Below, piece by piece: positions 9,416 through 14,285 of a DNA stretch of 14,285 nt. The notes under the pieces are model-generated. The model was not told the origin of the DNA and searched no databases. It was given only the letters and a program-made list of their open reading frames with translations. The position numbers and the translations under genes are program-made. The DNA is from Promethearchaeota archaeon (GTDB lineage: Archaea; Asgardarchaeota; Lokiarchaeia; Sigyniarchaeales; SOKP01): positions 1-14,285 of the forward strand of contig JAEOSU010000103.1 in assembly GCA_016840165.1 (NCBI GenBank), read 5' to 3'. The number at the start of each line of letters is the position of its first letter. The stretch's first letter is position 1.

Positions 9416-10471
9416 ATTGCCTCACCCGTATTTAATAATAATTTATCCCTTTCTTCCTCTTCTTGAATTCTTATCTGGAAAAATCTTCGAAAACTGGCAA
9501 GATCACGACTCATGGAATTTACCGTCACTCCCCTTTCAATCATATACTGAATTAGTTGAGGTAAATTTTCTTCAAACGATTCCATCAAGACTTCTACGAC
9601 TTCATTACCCACTCGTAATACTTTTTTTACTGGCGGAAATTCTCTTATTCTGCTGATTTTTGCCTCGTTTAGATCATTTATTTCAAATCTTGCCACCAAA
9701 CCCTTGCTTGGTAATGAATTTACTAAATTTTGTGGGGAATCAAACTCTAACATACGTCCTTCTCTCAAAATAGCAGTTTTATCACAAATAAGAGCTGCCT
9801 CTAAATCATGAGTGATAATAAACATAGTAGTATTTAACTTCTGGTTGAGTTTCTTTAAATAACTAAGGATAGAATAGCGCTTGGACGCATCCACGCCTTA
9901 AACTCTATTAGTTTAAATAACTAAATAGTGTAGTTGGCTCATCTAAAAATAATACACTAGGTTTGTGAATAAGTCCAATCGCCATTGATAGCCTTTTCTT
10001 CTCGCCACCACTCATGTGTTTTACTCGTTTATTCCAAGTATCTTCTGGGATATCTAATATTTCAAATAATTCCTTGGCAATTTTCTTTGCTTCTTTATTA
10101 TCCAAACCGTATGTAGAACTAAACACTTCGACGTTTGCCATAGGACTTAGCTCATAGTAAAGATTTAATAATTCAAGTTGGGGGACATAACCTATATTCC
10201 TGAGTATCTTAGGATGATTTCTTTTATTTTTGGGTGATAATTCAGTAACCTTAACTTTCCCATTCCAGTTCTTCTTTTCTATTTGGCAAGTTAATACTCT
10301 GATAATAGTTGTCTTTCCCGCACCAGAGATTCCAAATAATCCTATGATCTCCCCTTTTTTAACTTCAAAGGATACATTGTGAACTATATGGCTTTTATCA
10401 AATATGACATTTAGATTCTTGACTTCAACCATTAAATCATTTGATTTAACACTTTTGTTCATTAGAATCAT
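9403..10471 (-). CDS. ABC transporter ATP-binding protein (DrrA/ABC-2 type with C-terminal extension), split by a 31-nt intron; exons 10471-9930 and 9898-9403; 345 aa after splicing
   Basis: Exon 1 has Walker A GISGAGKTT, Q-loop GYVPQ, signature MSGGE and Walker B VLFLDEPT. Exon 2 has the D-loop GVD and H-loop FIITHD. Removing 9899-9929 gives GAT GAG CCA ACT AC|A GGC GTG GAT = DEPTTGVD, colinear with the neighbouring paralog's DEPTSGLD. No other lesions were seen. Confidence 0.88.
9420..9426 (-). promoter_or_regulatory. Shine-Dalgarno GGTGAGG preceding putative ATT start at 9415
   Basis: Minus strand reads GGTGA-GGCAAT-ATT, the same 6-nt spacing as GGAGGTGA-6nt-ATG at 1676. Confidence 0.6.
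9854..9924. repeat. 13-bp exact direct repeat TTTAAATAACTAA at 9854-9866 (exon 2) and 9912-9924 (intron)
   Basis: Read directly from the sequence. Both copies are followed closely by ATAG on the plus strand. Confidence 0.8.
9899..9929 (-). other. Putative archaeal bulge-helix-bulge (BHB) mRNA intron, 31 nt
   Basis: The RNA reads GCC-AACU-AC^A-CUAUUUAGUUAUUUAAACUAAUAG-AGUU-UA^A-GGC. Exon helix GCC/GGC, 4-bp central helix AACU/AGUU, two 3-nt bulges ACA and UAA on opposite strands, and intron stem CUAUU(U)AGUU/AACUAAUAG. Cutting after the 2nd nucleotide of each bulge restores the reading frame exactly. Confidence 0.85.
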
Positions 10472-10486
10472 ATGTTTTTTAATTTC

Positions 10487-10500
10487 TTTATTATAATAAA
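10487..10500 (-). promoter_or_regulatory. Candidate TATA box / perfect 14-bp palindrome TTTATTATAATAAA upstream of the ABC operon
   Basis: It lies 16-29 nt upstream of ATG 10471, compatible with a leaderless archaeal transcript. The AT-rich context limits certainty. Confidence 0.4.
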
Positions 10501-10543
10501 TAGATTATTTTCTTTTAATTCTATACCTTGGACTAAACAAATC

Positions 10544-10550
10544 AAAAAAA
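10544..10550 (-). terminator. Oligo-U tract after the HNH-protein gene
   Basis: T7 on the minus strand about 10 nt after the stop at 10560. Confidence 0.4.
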
Positions 10551-10559
10551 TAATCTAAA

Positions 10560-12830
10560 TTAAATCTTATCAATTAGACTATAAACTTTAGTCGAGCCTT
10601 TAGTTTTAGTATTAGGGTGCTTATCACAAACCTCAACGATTTTACTTGGAATTAATATTTCTTTAATAATTCTTGAAACATTTCCTGTTGTTCTTTCAAT
10701 TAAATATGCTAAATCTTTAACTGTAAACTCGTTATAACCCTTCTTTTTAATAATTTTTTTAATTAATTTAGGATAAATCAGAAGAATATCATCATTTTCT
10801 AATCTCTTCTTGTTATTGGTCATTTTTATATCAATATGCTTTAATTTTTCAAGGATTTCAGTATTTTTTTCTTTAAATTGAGTCATTAAAGTGTTCACCT
10901 TCTCTATTCCTTTTTTAGTAAATGAAAAATAATTTTGAGTCATATCTTTTAGATATGGTGAAATATTAGTTAAATATCCTTTTTCTAAAAGTTTGGATAT
11001 TGTATGATAAGCATTATGATAGTTGTTGTTAGAAATAATTTCAATATCTTTTGTTCTAAAGCTTTTTATTCCTTTTATATTTAATAAATGGTATATTTCA
11101 AGTATTTTAACTTTCCAAATTTTATTTGGAGGAATATCATATTTCAATGGGGAATTAAACTTGATTTTATCAATATTAAAAAAGAAATTAGAAACAGATT
11201 GCTCGAGATTTTTGACCAAACGAGCCATTTCTAAATTTAATTCAAGAAATTCTCCATCACTGAGAAACTTTTGCATGATATTCTTAAAATTACCAATATA
11301 ATTTGAATGCAATAAAGAATGACAATTTGAGCATAAGCATATACACTCTTCATTTATTAAAGTGTTCAAAATATCGACGCAATCTTGATCCTGTAAATCC
11401 TGCCATCTAGATTTCTTATTTAATGAGTTGTCTTTATGATGGAAATTCATACTCGCAAGATCATCTTTGATTTTTAATCCACATGCTACACATTCTCCGT
11501 TATATAATTGCTCTATAATATATCTTTTTCTTATCCATCTTTTGATTTGGTATTTAATTTTTGATTTTTCTCTATAGTTTTTATACTTTGGATGACTCAT
11601 AATTTCTTTATCTAATAATTTTTCAATTTCTTCTTGATTATGATGGAAAAGATCCGATTTCATAATCAAATCATTGAAGTCGTTAAGAAACTTCGCTTGC
11701 TCCTTAAGGTGACAGTTACCACATAAAGCAAGAATCCTTTCCTCAACAATCCATCTACTTAAGATTTTATAGCTTTTATGATTAATCTTTCTCCATGATT
11801 TTTTCTTCAATGCTGTTTTCTGATGATGGAATTCAAAAGAAGGTAAGTATAATAATGAAGTTGAACATTTACTACATTTTCCATCAAAAAACTCTAGCAG
11901 AAGCTTTAGCTTCTTACTTAATTCTCTTATACTTTTCTTTTGTACTCTGCAATTTTTACAAATAGAACGATAACTTTGTAATCCTCCTTTTTTACCTCTT
12001 TCTCCTCCATATTTGTCAAAAGCGCTTAATGGTAATATTTTGAAACAATAACCACATTTTTTCTGAGTTTGGGCAAAAGCGTAATTTTCGGAATGGTTAT
12101 CATTATTTTCCTCGACTATTTCATTCTCACTGTTAGGTTTTTTAGTATACGCATCGAATCCGTAATCTTTAAGATCCTTCCTGATTACATGAAAGAATTT
12201 GGGAATTTCAGGGACATCCCACATTTCCGAAATGATTCGAAAGGTATTGTTAATGATATAGCGCAGAAAGATGATAAAGTGCTCGCGGTATTGCTCATTC
12301 TCCTGGATTTTTTTCTGGAGTTGTTTTAAGTGCTCATAGAACTGGTTAATTGTAAGTTTATGAAGCTTTCCGAGAAAGTTGACCTTAATTTTTGCCCATG
12401 TGGTTGGTTCAAGGATGTGCTCAAGCTGGTCGAGCAGTTCTTTTGAAATGTCTCGGTTGCTATTTTTCAGAGCTTCAATATCATCGACTTTTTTGATGGC
12501 GAGATAGGTGATTCGCGAGAGGACGAGCATGAGGTTTTCTTTGAAGATGAGAGGGAACTCGGGGTCGAAGCCGATCTGGGTGATAGGATTTAGGTGGTAG
12601 GTTTCTTGTTTTCGCTTCTGCTTAGATTTTTTCTTTTTATGTTTCTTTTTAATATCTTTCTTCTTAGTTTCAGGCTCTTGCGTAGAGTGAATTCTCACTT
12701 CGGTGCCACATAATTCACAATAAACGGGTTCATCATCTTCCTCCAAGAGTTGACGTAAATCATCGTTAAATCGAGCGTTGCAATAGGAACATTGTCGTGG
12801 TAAGGATTTTTGTTTATTCTCAGAGGACAT
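10560..12830 (-). CDS. Multidomain Zn-ribbon / tandem HNH-like nuclease / winged-helix protein
   Basis: N-terminal CSYC...CELC Zn ribbon, Lys-rich linker, CGYC...CKNC finger. Two HNH-like repeats: CSKC...FEFHH...LCGNCH and CVAC...MNFHH...LCSNCHSLLH. Two wHTH-like segments: FRTKDI...ISKLLEKGYL and FTVKDLAYLIERTTGNVSRII. Confidence 0.8.
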   Translation of the reverse strand: MSSENKQKSLPRQCSYCNARFNDDLRQLLEEDDEPVYCELCGTEVRIHSTQEPETKKKDIKKKHKKKKSKQKRKQETYHLNPITQIGFDPEFPLIFKENLMLVLSRITYLAIKKVDDIEALKNSNRDISKELLDQLEHILEPTTWAKIKVNFLGKLHKLTINQFYEHLKQLQKKIQENEQYREHFIIFLRYIINNTFRIISEMWDVPEIPKFFHVIRKDLKDYGFDAYTKKPNSENEIVEENNDNHSENYAFAQTQKKCGYCFKILPLSAFDKYGGERGKKGGLQSYRSICKNCRVQKKSIRELSKKLKLLLEFFDGKCSKCSTSLLYLPSFEFHHQKTALKKKSWRKINHKSYKILSRWIVEERILALCGNCHLKEQAKFLNDFNDLIMKSDLFHHNQEEIEKLLDKEIMSHPKYKNYREKSKIKYQIKRWIRKRYIIEQLYNGECVACGLKIKDDLASMNFHHKDNSLNKKSRWQDLQDQDCVDILNTLINEECICLCSNCHSLLHSNYIGNFKNIMQKFLSDGEFLELNLEMARLVKNLEQSVSNFFFNIDKIKFNSPLKYDIPPNKIWKVKILEIYHLLNIKGIKSFRTKDIEIISNNNYHNAYHTISKLLEKGYLTNISPYLKDMTQNYFSFTKKGIEKVNTLMTQFKEKNTEILEKLKHIDIKMTNNKKRLENDDILLIYPKLIKKIIKKKGYNEFTVKDLAYLIERTTGNVSRIIKEILIPSKIVEVCDKHPNTKTKGSTKVYSLIDKI

Positions 12831-12851
12831 ATTATATATTTTAGCTGAATC

Positions 12852-12859
12852 TATTTAAA
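12852..12859 (-). promoter_or_regulatory. Candidate TATA box TTTAAATA for the HNH-protein gene
   Basis: It lies 22-29 nt upstream of ATG 12830. No SD is present, consistent with a leaderless mRNA. Confidence 0.45.
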
Positions 12860-13053
12860 GAAAAACTTAAAATCATCCCTCAATATGAGAGCATGGAATA
12901 TATTTTAAGCATAAGAACTTTACACTAACCAATACAGCTTTTTTGGAGAATCAGATTGAAGAGCAAGAGAACTATGATACCTCGTTGGATATTGAGGATA
13001 AGTTCTTACAAAATTATAAAAAATATAGTTTATATAGGAGGAGAAAATAAGAA

Positions 13054-13311
13054 ATGACCGAAATAGAAAGGGAAATTCGAGGATTAGGGGATTCTGAAAG
13101 AAAAGTGAGGGTTTGCTTCAAATGTCGAGAATATGTCAATATTCCAAATAGAAATCCGATCTATGAGCAATATTTACAGAATTTTGATGCGATGCATCAT
13201 TTACATCCTGTACAAACTGTAAATGAATCGGAATTATTAGAAACAAAACCATGCGAAAAACCCTATATCCGAAGAAAACTCATCGAATTTTATAAAGAAA
13301 AAAAGCTCTAA
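13054..13311 (+). CDS. Small putative zinc-binding protein (CxxC...HxxH)
   Basis: VCFKCREY...FDAMHHLHPVQTV; RBS AGGAGG upstream. Confidence 0.75.
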   Translation: MTEIEREIRGLGDSERKVRVCFKCREYVNIPNRNPIYEQYLQNFDAMHHLHPVQTVNESELLETKPCEKPYIRRKLIEFYKEKKL

Positions 13312-13325
13312 GGTGAGAAGAAAGA

Positions 13326-13448
13326 ATGGAAGATGTACCAATTTGGTATCACTACTATATTGCGATTTTATTTACTATCGCAATGATTTTTTTTCTTATT
13401 GTATTATTACAGGAGAGAAAAAAGAATAAAAATAAGATTCTTTATTAA
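13326..13448 (+). CDS. 40-aa single-pass membrane microprotein
   Basis: MEDVPIWYHYYIAILFTIAMIFFLIVLLQERKKNKNKILY has one TM followed by a basic tail. It is preceded by AGGTGAG and fills the gap between two co-oriented genes. It is shorter than any ORF in the track. Confidence 0.65.
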   Translation: MEDVPIWYHYYIAILFTIAMIFFLIVLLQERKKNKNKILY

Positions 13449-13452
13449 ATAA

Positions 13453-13752
13453 TTGGTAAAAGAAAAAATGAATGAAAAAGTAATAGAAAGATTAAAAAAT
13501 ATCAGAAAAAGATATGAGGAGGAATTAAGGAAATCATTGAAAGAGGATTTACACAATAATATATTACACGAAGAAATACGAATTATAATCAAGAGTTTGG
13601 TTAGCTTATATTTACAAATACAACTTGCTCAATCAAATGTTCAAGATTTTCTTAATATTGTAGAAAAACCTCAAACTCATTGGAAAAAGATCGAGAATAT
13701 GATTCGAAAGAAATTTCATATTTCTGATTCTATTCCTCTAATTTATAAATAA
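13453..13752 (+). CDS. Hypothetical helical/coiled-coil protein (start may be ATG 13468)
   Basis: A 99-aa ORF tightly packed in a co-oriented cluster; no motif recognised. Confidence 0.65.
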   Translation: MVKEKMNEKVIERLKNIRKRYEEELRKSLKEDLHNNILHEEIRIIIKSLVSLYLQIQLAQSNVQDFLNIVEKPQTHWKKIENMIRKKFHISDSIPLIYK

Positions 13753-13767
13753 TAGGTGAGAAAAAGT

Positions 13768-14142
13768 ATGAAAAAACCTCAGTATGACATTCTTCTCGTA
13801 AATGATGATCCAGGTATACTAAATCTCGTAGAGAAAATGCTCAACCTTAAAGAAATAACATGCAAAACAATGCTTGATGGGAGTGAAGTATTGAAAGAAT
13901 TAGACGAATATCAACCTAAAGTTGTAGTGTTAGATGAGATAACACCTGGTATAAATGGAGATGGTTATCGTCTTTGTAAACAAATAAAAACAAATCCAAA
14001 ATTGAACCACATTCCCGTTTTTATTTTTGGTCATGAATGGCTGATAAAACAAAATTTAGACTGTAAAGCAGATGGGTATATCCCTTATCCCTTTGACTTT
14101 ACCGATTTCGATCCCATTATCGAACAAGTGAGAAAAAAATGA
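13768..14142 (+). CDS. Atypical stand-alone receiver domain
   Basis: ILLVNDDPG...PKVVVLDEITPG...GYRLCKQIKTNPKLNHIPV...ADGYIPYPFD. ATG 13768 follows AGGTGAG; the ORF track's GTG start lies inside this RBS. Confidence 0.85.
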   Translation: MKKPQYDILLVNDDPGILNLVEKMLNLKEITCKTMLDGSEVLKELDEYQPKVVVLDEITPGINGDGYRLCKQIKTNPKLNHIPVFIFGHEWLIKQNLDCKADGYIPYPFDFTDFDPIIEQVRKK

Positions 14143-14164
14143 AAAAAAATAATTTTAAAATCCC

Positions 14165-14172
14165 TTTTTTTT
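14165..14172 (+). terminator. Oligo-U terminator candidate
   Basis: T8 tract about 22 nt after the stop at 14142. Confidence 0.45.
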
Positions 14173-14285
14173 ATTTTAAACAATTCTGCCATATTCAAAA
14201 CTTATTTATAAATATTTCTGTTAGACCTTTCCCAATTTGATTTAAAAGGATTTTTTGTGATTTCATATACAACGATTTTTTTCTA

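Noticed and set aside
2390-9656. Plus-strand ORFs at 2390, 2773, 2982, 3122, 3612, 4275, 5009, 6306, 7068, 7637 and 9318
   Set aside because: They are antisense to well-supported minus-strand genes and have no recognisable motifs.
9899-9929. Intein, programmed frameshift, IS footprint or spliceosomal/group I/II intron
   Set aside because: It is too short, contains stops, lacks GT-AG ends and shows no flanking target-site duplication. A simple frameshift would leave about 10 extra residues inside the Walker B/D-loop. Ribosomal hopping is not formally excluded but does not explain the BHB geometry.
9403-10471. Interpretation as a frameshifted pseudogene or as two independent genes (187 aa and 163 aa)
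   Set aside because: Both halves are otherwise intact, the break is one clean 31-nt insert, and its ends coincide with canonical BHB cleavage sites. The GTG at 9894 is the D-loop Val and has no SD.
12943-13050. 35-codon TTG-start ORF (LENQIEEQENYDTSLDIEDKFLQNYKKYSLYRRRK)
   Set aside because: It has no SD and no motif, and it overlaps the probable promoter/RBS region of 13054. Support is insufficient.
11023-13592. ORFs 11023-11301(+), 12069-12329(+) and 13407-13592(-)
   Set aside because: Antisense shadows of better-supported genes.
1-14285. tRNA, rRNA, CRISPR array, transposase or integrase
   Set aside because: None was recognisable by eye; no covariance-model search was possible.

Overview
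AT-rich archaeal window, most likely Asgard/Lokiarchaeia-like. This is inferred from GGAGGTGA ribosome-binding sites, a longin-like domain, UBC/RWD-like folds and a DHRMP-type receiver; I ran no database search. On the minus strand, from left to right: a partial FAD-linked oxidoreductase, a receiver plus multi-PAS histidine kinase pair, a four-gene ABC-ATPase operon, and a Zn-ribbon/tandem-HNH/wHTH protein. The operon encodes an ABC ATPase, a membrane-anchored prenyltransferase-repeat ectodomain fused to an ABC ATPase, an RWD/UEV-like domain fused to a degenerate ABC ATPase, and a longin-like 4-TM protein. The plus strand carries four small genes ending in an atypical receiver. Main discovery: the first ABC ATPase gene, which the ORF track splits in two, is interrupted in its Walker B/D-loop by a 31-nt insert (9899-9929). 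Its boundaries fold into a perfect canonical bulge-helix-bulge (BHB) motif. Cleavage at the canonical tRNA-splicing-endonuclease positions restores DEPTT-GVD in frame. It is therefore a candidate archaeal-type mRNA intron in a protein-coding gene, and it could gate the whole operon.
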